DNA of 63,515 nucleotides, counting the filler, from Collodictyon triciliatum (taxonomy: Eukaryota), in assembly GCA_043381765.1 (NCBI GenBank). It is 16 parts of 16 records of this genome, joined end to end, with 100 filler letters (N's around TTAATTAATTAA, not from the genome) between each part and the next. Parts side by side here need not be neighbours in the genome. Positions count along the whole stretch, not along the records: positions 1 to 3,884 come from JBHJMP010006759.1; positions 3,985 to 7,867 come from JBHJMP010006760.1; positions 7,968 to 11,849 come from JBHJMP010006761.1; 13 more parts are not named here. One strand, written 5' to 3'. The notes under the pieces were generated by a model that had not been told where the DNA came from, did no database searches, and saw only the letters and a program-made list of their open reading frames with translations. The position numbers and the translations under genes are program-made. Shown piece by piece: positions 1 through 10,515 of the stretch. Every line of letters begins with the position of its first letter. Within the stretch, counting starts at the first letter, position 1.

Positions 1-1225
1 TATCTATAATCATAGAAGCTGGCACCTTTTTAAACATTCCCTCTAATATTTTGTCATATTGAAAATGAAAGTGACTAAAAACAGTGCGCCAATACGGAAG
101 AACTTCCAGCAAAAATCACAGCGCCACAAAACCCACGTATTTGAATGTGAACTATCACGACAAGGTCTCTATATAGGTTAACACGCGACATCAGAAAAAT
201 CAGTCATGCAGTATCACACAGAAGGCGAGTGCTATGAACACATCCTAAACATACAGCTATAAAAATGTAAAAATCTCTCCTAAAACTCTTCAAACATACA
301 CAAAATAATATACCACCAACATACTCCAGTCAGGTGGGCACTTTGAGTGAGTCCCGTTAAGATGAAGACTTTGACAGGGTTGAAATAAATGAGTAGATTT
401 TGTTTGACAGAACCAGATGTCTAATATTTATTTTTCACACTATAGTATGTGACATAGTCCTTCAAGATATTCGATATAATCAAGCCAAAATAAATGGCAC
501 ACACAACCTTAGCTCGCTTCTCTGCTTCTTTCAAGGGAAATCAAAAATGTGATGCAACATTGTACTTTGGTGCACATTAATAGGTCTATTCAGAAAAGAA
601 TGTAAATTAAAATCATTTTTAAGGATGTACTCTAGACTATAGTGAGTTGTGGGCTGTGATTTCATTTTTATTTATCATTCTGTCTGACCCACGGCACTCT
701 TTCATAGAAACTCGAATTGATTTTTTGGCATTCGCAATATTTTTGGTTGAGAGCCCTCAGAATTATCAGATGAAAAAGGGATGTCATTTATTTTGTTGAT
801 TCCATACAATTTATGGATATGTAATAAAACTTAAAGCATAATCTACACATATACCAAAACTTTCTTGATTAAAATATGCGAGTAATGATTGTATATTGGT
901 AGCATTTTTCCTCAGAAGGTGCTGACTTTACTCTTTCTATCTCTCAAAAATAGGGCAGAAAGAGTCTCCTGGTAGTTGGAAAGTTCTTTGTCCACAGTGA
1001 AAGCTTATATTTCGAATGTTTTCTGGGTGGATATGTATCCATGTATTTTCATTTGTGCTTCTTACCTTATTTTTTAATTCTTCTGAAAAGTAAGCTCATA
1101 GCCAATTTTCAAATGTATGTACTTGATTGAGCAGGGATGCCTAAAATGTATCTGATATCTGCAATTTCCTGTTGACTTGATAGCCCCTGAGACAGAAATA
1201 ATATATAATATAGACCGCTTCTCTC

Positions 1226-1282
1226 ATGTGGTATTGGTTGGCTTCGAATCAAGTAAAGAGGAAAATGTGATGTTGGTTGGCT
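1226..1282 (+). mobile_element. Older diverged copy of the ultra-short retro-insertion
   Basis: ATGTGGTATTGGTTGGCT and ATGTGATGTTGGTTGGCT (18 nt, 2 mismatches) flank TCGAATCAAGTAAAGAGGAAA. Confidence 0.65.
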
Positions 1283-1648
1283 AGATCTTTTTCTTGGGTG
1301 TATTACTCTCAGATTTTGTTGCTCGTTTCAATTCAGTTTTCTGGCAAAATAGAACCAAATTCATCATGATTATAATGACAAATGTTATCATGGACATCTA
1401 ATCCAGGTCTCATACCCGAGGTCCGGACTTCAGGGCCAAGGTACACCCTAACCCACAAAGTATAATGGCTGGTTGTTTGATATTTCTTTCTCCATTACAT
1501 ATCTTGTAAGCATTTGGTGTTTGAGTTGTTAATTTTGAAGCTAAAATATCATGACATGATACATACAGGGTATTTGAAGTATGGAATAAGCAAGTTTCAT
1601 CTTTGGTTTAATTATGCTACCAGTGCATTCATCTAGATAATTTGAAAT

Positions 1649-3584
1649 GATGGCGCCAGTGAGCCTCGTGCGCGGTCGAGCTTGCATCGGGAAACAGAAC
1701 ATCCCGATCGACCATTTGTGGCTGATATATCACGATTAAAATGTGCGATTGAGAACAAACTCTTCAAAGGCGAAGACTGCTTTGTCCGCCTTCGGGGCAA
1801 GCAATGACCGGTTCTTTCTTTTGTAAACCATAGTAATATGTACAAACAACTGAGAGCTGTAATGGAAGCCCGAAAGTGCTACAAAAAGGACGTGACACTT
1901 ATGGTGGACAAACCTGCCCTCAGACTCAGAATCGCCTTCCCAAGAAAAGAAAACGCGACTACCTTCATTAAAAAGAGGTCTTTCCAGCTCCTCAATCTCC
2001 AATACACCCCATGCCAGTAAAACTGTCACAAAGGTTGTGCACCTGTCTAACATACCACTGGGGTCAACTGGACTGACATTTTCGAAGCCTGCAGCGAATA
2101 CTTCACCCCAATCAAAGTCAACTGGACAAAGCCTGGAGGAATATGCATGGATGATGCACTCGTTACTTATGACAAAGAACACGAAAAAATAGGGAAAATA
2201 CCTTTGTCGTCATTCATGGTAGACGCTGTCGTGTGGAGATACGCGCCCCCAAAGAATCTGACATCCCATCAACTCTCCCCAACAAAGAAGGGTATGACAC
2301 ACAAGGTCAAACCACAAACCACAAAAAAAAAAAAAAAAACAACTGCCAACCAAACGCCACCACTCGCTTCTCGGGCTTCAACACAAAAGTAGCCGACTTC
2401 AGCGCTAAAGACTGGCCAACCGTGCAGGAATCGTCTGTGCAAAACAAGCCCAGAGCCCGCAAACAAGGCCAAAATCAAGGCGCGTCGTCCTCTAATGCCA
2501 GTGGGAGAAATCGTGACAAGACACCCATGGATGAAGTGCTCGAAGTCTCAATCAAGACAAAGATTCAGGTACGGCCCCAAAATCAAGAAATGGATATGGA
2601 AAAGTGGACGAAACACCAGGCAGTTTGTTCGAAAGTGCTTCATCAAGTTCGCCAATGAACACGGAGGAAGCAGTATCAGTAATGGAATGGCTTCAATGAA
2701 GCGAAGGAAACATCGCATGCCTCCAACATTTCCAACCTCCTCAAGCCGATGATATCTCACCAAACTCTCCTTTAAATCACGGAGAAAATGCCGAGGAAAG
2801 TGAAACCCAAGCCAACTCGGTAACAGAATCGGGAAACAGCAGAATGGCACCCAGCAAACCACACCCGCCTACCTCCTTAGAGGTCATGGCTCCTGGGACC
2901 ATTCAAGAGACTCTTTCTTCAGCAAGTACTGCGCAATCCATAAGAAGCGACGTCTCAGGCCCAGGATTGGAAGAACAACAGCCCATCCAACCTGTCGTCA
3001 TCATAGAAGGCTCTGCTGAAGAAGAAAGTGAGCACCTTGAAGCCTCGGGAACGACAAACTACTCCTCAAGTACTGTTTATGGGACCAGACCTGCTGTCGA
3101 AACTCTTGCGACTCCCCAGCGATAAACACCTTCCTATCCAAGAAAAAGAAACGTAGATGAATATAAAACACCGGTTACTCATCCTACAATCACTGGCGCA
3201 CCAAAAAAGAGCGAAACAGTCGAAGATTAATCCTCACCCGATGAAAAGAGAGTGAATCAGTCAAGTACACCACCGAATATAGCGAGCCAGAAAGCAAGCC
3301 AGCATGAAAGCGGAAACATGGTTGGCCCTGCCTCCCGCGTGGATGAGGGGGAAAAATTGGAACCGAGGGTTACTGATGACCAACAGAGTACATCTCCCAA
3401 CACACCAGCTACAAAGGGGTTGCAGTCAAAAGCCCAAGACCATCCGATAAATCCTGACTGAACCGCCAGCAATTATAACACCGGCCAAATGAAGGATAAA
3501 TCGAGTAAACCATCCCACTCTGAGCAACCCAGCTCCAGCGGAGAGGGTCAATCACCGGATGCTACGGCCTCCAAAAGCCAATAG
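1649..3584 (+). pseudogene. Decayed ORF1 of an L1/Tx1-like non-LTR retrotransposon
   Basis: A chain of frameshifted, intronless ORFs (LRIAFPRKENATTFI...KVVHLSNIPLG, RRM-like, then low-complexity S/T/P/Q/E sequence) ends in TAG at 3582-3584, 7 nt before an APE-type ORF2 start. The 5' boundary is approximate. Confidence 0.7.
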
Positions 3585-3591
3585 AATTTTC

Positions 3592-3884
3592 ATGCGTTTT
3601 AACGTTCTGTCGTGGAACGTTAGGGGATTAACGACCCCCGAAAAACAAAAGAGGCCCTAAACACTGCTCTTTTCACCCACACAGACATCATCTGCCTCCA
3701 AGAAACATGGCTCAGCCCTGGCAATCTAACCAATGATGAAATACAGAGACGTCCACAAATGTGGCCCTGTGACGATAATCAACAGAGACATGCAGGTGTA
3801 GCGATTTTGTGCAAGAAATGGATAGCCAAACTCAATCCTCGCTTCAGAGAGATTATTCTTGGCCGCTGCATGAGTCTCGATATC
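3592..3884 (+). mobile_element. LINE ORF2 N-terminus, APE endonuclease; frameshifted and cut by the contig end
   Basis: MRFNVLSWNVRGL, then after a 1-nt frameshift ...DIICLQETW...HAGVAILCKK...EIILGRCMSLDI. These are the canonical SWNVRGL, CLQET and GVAIL motifs of L1-clade APE. Confidence 0.9.
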
Positions 3885-3984
3885 NNNNNNNNNNNNNNNN
3901 NNNNNNNNNNNNNNNNNNNNNNNNNNNNTTAATTAATTAANNNNNNNNNNNNNNNNNNNNNNNNNNNNNNNNNNNNNNNNNNNN
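3885..3984. other. Artificial contig spacer (N44-TTAATTAATTAA-N44), first of 15
   Basis: The identical 100-nt spacer with a six-frame stop linker recurs at 7868, 11850, 15830, 19808, 23786, 27763, 31740, 35717, 39692, 43666, 47640, 51611, 55580 and 59549. Intervening contig lengths fall monotonically from 3884 to 3867. Confidence 0.99.
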
Positions 3985-4207
3985 AAAAGAAAAAAGAAAA
4001 AAGAAAAAAGAAAAAAGAAAAAAGAAAAAAGAAAAAAGAAAAAAGAAAAAAGAAAAAAGAAAAAAGAAAAAAGAAAAAAAAAACGATTTGTATCATACTC
4101 CAATTAATCTGTATATTTGGGATATCATAGTTAAGTATGACATAACTAATTGCAATGTTCCCTTATTCCTTCCATATTGTAACTCATAAAATTATGTATC
4201 TCGATAG

Positions 4208-6795
4208 GATTTATACTCAGAGTATCGCCGACTAGATGGGATGGTCTCACAGATTGTTTTATTCAAGGATTATCAGAGAAAACTGCCGCTTGAGGTGCGC
4301 CAGTCTTTTGCCAACAGAAAGTAAGGACAAGCATATTCTATTTAGGACTAATTTCAAAAAATGTGTCGCGAATAGCACCATGAAGACATATACTGATTTG
4401 AAGTTGACGTAAAGAGACCTTTATCCTCATTATTGTTTGTATATCGGTTTAAAATCTTCACTACAATAGAGACAGGCTCTCTCGGAGAATATACTACATT
4501 CTGGAGCAAAAAACACACGAATTCTTCGAACCAGGTCGGTCCCACGGAGTTAAAGAGCACATCTATATAGAAGGAAAAAGAAGGACCATGCATTTTTACC
4601 CAAGTGCTCGTGTGGACGGACTTGTTTCCCGAGATGACCTGATTGGAAAAAAAGTTTATCTTTCATTCAAAATGTGGCCCAATATTAAAATCAAGGAGCT
4701 TTCCTCGTTACATTACTTTCCTTTTTATTGTGTGTGTGATAGCTCATTATCAAAATCTATTCAGATTGTGGAGACATACACTGGACGGGATGATAGATTG
4801 ATTTATCGCAGTATAACTTACTTTGACAAATCTGAGGTACCTCGATAGAATATTTTTTTTCCTTTATTCGATTCAAAGTACCTCGATAGAATATAAAAAA
4901 ATTCTATTTTTCTCCATTTATCTATCATGGATGAATACGTATATATGAGTGAATATTGACCCATTCTGATTTTTAGGGTGGAAGAAAGGACGAGTTAATC
5001 CCGCGCAAAATGACAGAGAAATTTTCGCGCAATGAATGTATTCTTTTTCTTACAAATCTCTTTTTTTTTTTTTCCTGCAAGAAAGAGCTCTTGAACTTGC
5101 CCTTAGAAGTATATCATAAATTAAAATGTGGAATATCCAATGGCATAACCTCGCTACACTTTGAATCGAATAAAGGAAAAAAAATGTGGAATATCCACTT
5201 ACCTATCAAACACACAGCGATACCTGCAGACGAGGATGTTGCGAAGAGAACATTCGACTTGGACGAAAAGAATGGAGGGATTCGCCTTGTTTTCCACAAA
5301 CTTCCAGGACGGATTACAGCATCTACAAGATTACATCCAAAATCAGGAGAAGCAGAGATATTCTTTGTATGAACTTATGATTTCCAAGTACTTCAGCATC
5401 AAGTGTCATATTGTTTTAGTAATGAGCAATTAACTTTATAATTTTTTTAAACAAGGTTGACCAGTTTTCTAAAAAACCAAAGAAGACAGCGCTTCATGAA
5501 GAGTTTGCCAGATTACTAATTGCTGAAAAGGATTGCACAACAGCTATACGCGAAAGTGAACGAGATGCAAAAGAAATTTTGAAGGTTTACATTATTTTTA
5601 TTTTTTTTAATTTTTTGTATGGTCACTTTTAGCCTTTCTTTTGCTGCATTCATTTAAAAGAATCTCAATTTAATTTCACAATATCCAGATCAGAAAAGAA
5701 GAGGAGGAAAAGATTCAGTTCATCTTCTCAGTATATGACACAGGCAGAAACAAGACGGTAATTTAAGCTGCCCACACTCCTTTTGTTCTACTTGAAACCA
5801 ATAAATTTAATCTGAACATAAAAGACCATCCTATAAACTTTGAATCGAATAAAGGGAAAAAAAAACACCATCCTATATTACTTAAGCTCCTTCACTCCCA
5901 CATTTACCATCTGACATCCCATGGCTCTACAGAAACGCCAAGATAACACTGCGGCAGCAGCAGCTCAGGAAGAACCAGACAAACGAAGGAGAGATTACCT
6001 GTCTCCGTTTATTCCAGTAAGAAAAAGAAAAAGAAAAAGAAAAAGAAAAAGAAAAAGAAAAAGAAAAAGAAAAAGAAAAAGAAAAAGAAAAAGAAAAAGA
6101 AAAAGAAAAAGAAAAGGAAAAGGAAAAGGAAAAGGAAAAGGAAAAGGAAAAGGAAAAGGAAAAGGAAAAGGAAAAGGAAAAAGAAAAGGAAAAAGAAAAA
6201 GAAAGTAAAAAATACAGTTAAGGCGAGCATATTATATGCAATTTGTATTGAAAGTTTACCATCTTTATTTTATTATTTCCTGAAAAATATATACTGAACC
6301 TTGAACAAATCAGAGCGACAAGCCAATTACCCGGGATGTGGCCTATTCCGCAAGAGAAGCCTGCCTGAAGGCCTTGAAGGACCGCCTTTTGGAAAAAGCA
6401 AACATGATTCACAACCGACTGGAGGAAGAAGTTGCAGCACTGAGCAAACGCAAAGCTGCCTACGAGCGAAATCAAGACCAAATGGATAAGGAAGAAGAGG
6501 AAGATTACATTCGTTATTGTAACGAAGCCATGTTCCGCATGCAGATTCTTGAACAGCGACTCGCCCGTGTAAGCTTTGATAATTATGCATGTCGCTCATC
6601 CCCTCAGTTATTTGGTTGGGTTGTATGAATCAATTTCCATTATCTAAATCCTAAAATAGAGATGCACCATGTTAATGTACTTTTTTTTTTTTTTTTTTTG
6701 GTGTGTGCTGATAGCATGAAGACCAGGCCGTACGAAAATATGACGAAATGAAGAACCGCATTAATTCCGACCCCCGACTTGCTCACTTCTTCTGA
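4208..6795 (+). CDS. DRC7: Dynein regulatory complex subunit 7 (CCDC135/FAP50), multi-exon, 5'-partial
   Basis: Spliced exons give HFYPSARVDGLVSR, ETYTGRDDRLIYRSITY, KMTEKFSRN, PADEDVAKRTF, RITASTR and ACLKALKDRLLEKANMIHNRLEEE...AMFRMQILEQRLARHEDQAVRKY...SDPRLAHFF*. GT-AG introns; TGA at 6793-6795. Confidence 0.9.
4837..4894 (-). mobile_element. Ultra-short poly(A)-tailed retro-insertion with 17-bp TSD
   Basis: GTACCTCGATAGAATAT at 4837-4853 and 4878-4894 flanks TTTTTTTCCTTTATTCGATTCAAA. Confidence 0.85.
5123..5197 (+). mobile_element. Ultra-short retro-insertion (41 nt, longest TSD-bounded copy) with perfect 17-bp TSD
   Basis: AAAATGTGGAATATCCA at 5123-5139 and 5181-5197 flanks ATGGCATAACCTCGCTACACTTTGAATCGAATAAAGGAAAA. 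The target reads TT/AAAA. Confidence 0.88.
5825..5877 (+). mobile_element. Ultra-short retro-insertion with TSD
   Basis: ACCATCCTATA at 5825-5835 and 5867-5877 flanks AACTTTGAATCGAATAAAGGG(A)n. Confidence 0.8.
6020..6204 (+). repeat. (GAAAAA)n/(GGAAAA)n microsatellite in a DRC7 intron
   Basis: Hexamer run directly after the donor CCA|GTAAG. Confidence 0.95.
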
Positions 6796-6840
6796 AGTCT
6801 ATGATTATGCCCAGAAACATAAATAATCCAAATTTTCTTT

Positions 6841-7017
6841 TTAAACCTCGCCTTGTCTCTCCCATGCAAACACAAGACCCAGGCTACAGGCCAAATCGCA
6901 GGATGCAATTCCTGATTACCGACTACTTCTCCGCCACCCGGCCAACAAGTAGCGCCCATGCAAACGATCAGCGAACCACCAATATCTCATCCTGCACAAA
7001 ATTGAAAGAAAAAAAAA
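6841..7017 (+). mobile_element. 5'-truncated LINE 3' end (family A) with A-tail
   Basis: Clearly homologous to the reverse complement of 11309-11505 and to 33254-33353; ends CCTGCACAAAATTGAAAG(A)n. Confidence 0.85.
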
Positions 7018-7174
7018 CCAATTGTTTATAGACTGAATCGAAAATTCATTTGGCAAGGATGTTGTACTGACGTATGGAGACTGGAGCAGAAAATCTCAGA
7101 TGAAACATTTTATGCCAACAATCGGAATAGGATTACAAAAAATACTATCCAAACGTTTTGAAACAGTTAGTGTA

Positions 7175-7216
7175 TGATATTAATATATACTTAATATTTA
7201 GTATATATTAATATCA
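7175..7216. repeat. 42-bp near-perfect palindrome inserted in the Fanzor remnant
   Basis: TGATATTAATATATACT-TAATATTT-AGTATATATTAATATCA, flanked by GTGTA/GTGCA. It is absent at the homologous site in copy 2. Confidence 0.85.
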
Positions 7217-7471
7217 GTGCAGATGAATTTAGAACGTCCAAGATGTGTTGAAACTGCGAAAAAGAACTGGAATATATGACACCGAAAGGAAATTCACAAA
7301 AAGAAAAAGGTGTATAGATGTCTGATATATATAATGCAACCGCCCAGGAAGCAAACAAACTGTATTCTCGACAAGGGACTTTAACAGCGCTAATGGTATA
7401 CTCAAAAAAAAAAAAAGTCATATACTAATCTTTCAAAATATGCATATACATCCTCTAAAATATAGGCTTTT

Positions 7472-7575
7472 GGGTCTCACCTGGCAGCCTTCACCACTGC
7501 AAGACTCCTTTAAAAAAAAGTGGTGAGACCTTGGATACTAGCGCACCAGGTTATCTAATCGGGAGGGATACTTCT
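7472..7575 (+). ncRNA. Candidate Fanzor omegaRNA scaffold (copy 1)
   Basis: Downstream of the RuvC-III region and conserved with copy 2. Stems: CCTGG (7480-84)/CCAGG (7546-50) and TCACCACT (7491-98)/AGTGGTGA (7519-26). Confidence 0.5.
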
Positions 7576-7818
7576 AGTATGATAAGATAATTATCCAGAT
7601 TAGTTTTCCACATTAGTCAAAGGTGGCATGACGTCACTACCTTCACCATCGCCGCCCGAATGACGCTTTGTTTCTGGTACACCCCTTCCAAAAGCCGTAC
7701 TCAATCACTTCTGGAGAGTCAGTGCAAAGAGCAGGTGCTTCGTGTTTAGTCTGTCAGCCGATTCGTCTCGCATGCTGGTTAGGGGATATTTTTTTTGCGT
7801 AGCTCAGTTCCTCTCTCT

Positions 7819-7867
<49 letters not shown>

Positions 7868-8201
7868 NNNNNNNNNNNNNNNNNNNNNNNNNNNNNNNNN
7901 NNNNNNNNNNNTTAATTAATTAANNNNNNNNNNNNNNNNNNNNNNNNNNNNNNNNNNNNNNNNNNNNTTTGCTTTTGCTTTTGCTTTTGCTTTTGCTTTT
8001 GTTTTTGTTTTGCTCTTTATTCGATTCAAAATGCAGCAGGGTTATGCCATACAATTGCTTTTGATTAGTTATATATTTTTGTTTGTGTCTCTGTGTACAT
8101 CATGCATTCGGTAACGCATCGAAAGTCGACCTCGTACTTTCCTTGTGCAATATGGATCGAGTAGTAAGAACAGCAATTCTGATGTTCTGTCTATTAGCGC
8201 A

Positions 8202-9725
8202 ATGGCCCAAGCAAGGAAGAAAACGAATCTCCTGGCAAATATGGTGGCGCTTATTTGGCTCCTAGCTAGCCTTTCATTTTCCGCCAAGGCGGTCAGGTTT
8301 TCTTTAAAGCCTTCGATCGAAAAGTGCTTCACTGAGGATCTTAATAAGGGCACCAAGTGCTTGTTGGAGTACGAGCTGGAGACTGTTCCTGAGATCCTTT
8401 CGATAATTAAGGTACGAGCCCTTCAATTATGAAATATATCCAGATAATGAAACATGAAGACATAATAATGTGGAATTAAAAAAATTAAAGGATGGATGTA
8501 AGTAAGAAGGGAGGCCGGATATAACGTCAATGTGTAATATACTATAAATATAAAGAGAACAAGAAAAATAAGCATTAAGATGCTTGGTGGTGTAGAAAAA
8601 TATGTGTTGATGACTTAAAAATATATCAAGAGCAGACATGTTTCAGTTCATTTCGATGGTCCTAGCAAAAGCAAGATCGCCCCATTTTTAGAATACATAC
8701 ATAAGAAATATTCCTGGGGTAAATAATCACGAGGATATAGAATGGTATTTACGAATCATACGTATCTAACCAGCTATTGTCCTATTTGATGTAAAGCTCG
8801 TTGGCCCAGACGGAGGTCAGATATTTTTTCGAGAAAATCCTGTGGCCGGACACTATCGCTTTACCACCCAATCAGCTGGACCGTATAGAGTGTGTGTCGA
8901 GACGCAGAAGGACGATGGTTCTTTATAATCACCTTTAACTACCATAATTATTTTCCCAAGTACCATTCGATGTAAATCAATTGTAACCTAAATATAATTC
9001 CCATAAATTAGAAGGGGAGTTCTTGATGCAAGTACAACACCTGGACAAAGAAGGAAATGTTATTGACTCTCCTGAACAAAAGAACCAGGAAGACAAAGGT
9101 CATGGGAAAAATGAATCAGAGGATAAGAAAGATAGGTTCTCGCTTGATGATGACGAAATACTGGTCAAAATAAACCTTCTTACTGGGACAAAAGCAGAAG
9201 AACCTAGCAAAATCCCAAAGGAAGACTCGCTACTCCCAATCGAAGTACATCACACTATCAGATTGCATTTGGTTGTATTGGCTTTAAGTTGAAGTAATAT
9301 TTTCTGATATCTTTTGTCATATATCTTTTTCAGGATAATGTCAAATCAATGGAAAATATGCTCGGTGAAATCATATCCAATTTGAATGAGATGAAGGAGA
9401 ATGAAGCTAATCTCCGTGACCAGAATGGTTAGTTTTCACTTTCCTATGATGTAAATGTAATCTTTGAATAAAATAAAATTACCAAGGCATCGCATAATTG
9501 ATATCACGTTCTTAAACTTGTAAGCTACATCACTTTGTGGATGTACCACCTCTGCACATTGTGAATGGCGAGGAACCAAACAATAACCTATACACGACAC
9601 ATGCAGAATCACTCAACTCCAAAGCCCTTTGGTTTAGTGTCCTATCAAGTGCGATCATTATCTCTGTGGGAGTTTATCAAATAATTCACCTCAAGAAGTT
9701 TCTAGTCCAAAAGAAGGTCATATGA
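8202..9725 (+). CDS. p24/emp24/GOLD family cargo receptor, delta (TMED10/Erv25)-like, 5 exons
   Basis: Signal peptide, VRFSLKPSIEKCFTEDL, YRFTTQSAGPYRVCV, coiled coil ending EANLRDQNESLNSKALWFS, TM helix, tail HLKKFLVQKKVI*. The start may be the ATG at 8241. Confidence 0.9.
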
Positions 9726-10515
9726 ATGGACTCTGCACCCGCTCCAAGAATTCCCGACAACAATAAACTCGCCAGTTTTCCCCACAAAAAGCATGGCATA
9801 GAAGAAAGATGAAATCTGGTTGGGTTAGAAACTTGAGAGTGTACCGATTTGAAAAATTTTCTTGCTCTCTTATATATACCTGCTGGGTATATGAATTTTG
9901 TCTCATGATGAATATTTTGTGACATACAAAATATTTTCCACAATTGATCATAAATTTATTGCAAAAGTTTCAAGAGAGCGCCCCATTCGCATTAACTGGT
10001 AACGACACCACGGTTTCTCTTTTACCTGACACTCCAGCACAGGCAGAACTTGCGCCTCCAACCAGAATCCCGGGAAGCAAACCAGCTAAGACAAGTAAGG
10101 CGCAGCTTCTCATCGATTTGAACATCTTCTTCCCTCAAAAAGCCTCCCCCAACACCACCACCACCCCACAACCTGGCTGCAGTAGAGGCAGTCCCGGCTG
10201 GGTATCAATCACCTAGTATCATCAACCGCATTGGTAACGTGGAAGGATTGTGCCTGAAGAGCAAATAATACCAGAGAACCCTCTGTTGAGTACTCATTTC
10301 TGTCGTGGCTTCGTGTCCACACAAAAATTTACCCAAATGATGATCACCAAACCCCGATCTCACTGCCAGACCTTGCTGCTGCGCAAGATCGAACGCCTTT
10401 AGCTGCTCTGGGAATCCACCCGGACCTTCCAATTTGCTGAATGCTCACCTGTTTCCAGCCTGTTAGAACAGCAGATGGATTCCTAACAACAACCTCCCAT
10501 ATCGATCTCTACAGA

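Larger units (their letters stand above)
7019..7575 (+). pseudogene. Fanzor (TnpB-like) 3' remnant, copy 1
   Basis: FGKDVVLTYGDWSRKSQMKHFMPTIGIGLQKILSKRFETV...DEFRTSKMC*NCEKELEY...RDFNSA. Collinear at DNA level with 54034-54533 (minus strand). Contains stops, a frameshift and a palindromic insertion. Confidence 0.88.

Noticed and set aside
1-1200. Possible micro-exons of a minus-strand gene (similar traces at 51890-53500)
   Set aside because: Splice-like signals exist, but I could not assemble a consistent, recognisable protein.
7170-7222. Palindromic insert read as a spliceosomal intron (GTATGA...CAG)
   Set aside because: None of the GT/AG combinations restores the Fanzor reading frame, and the copy has other stops.
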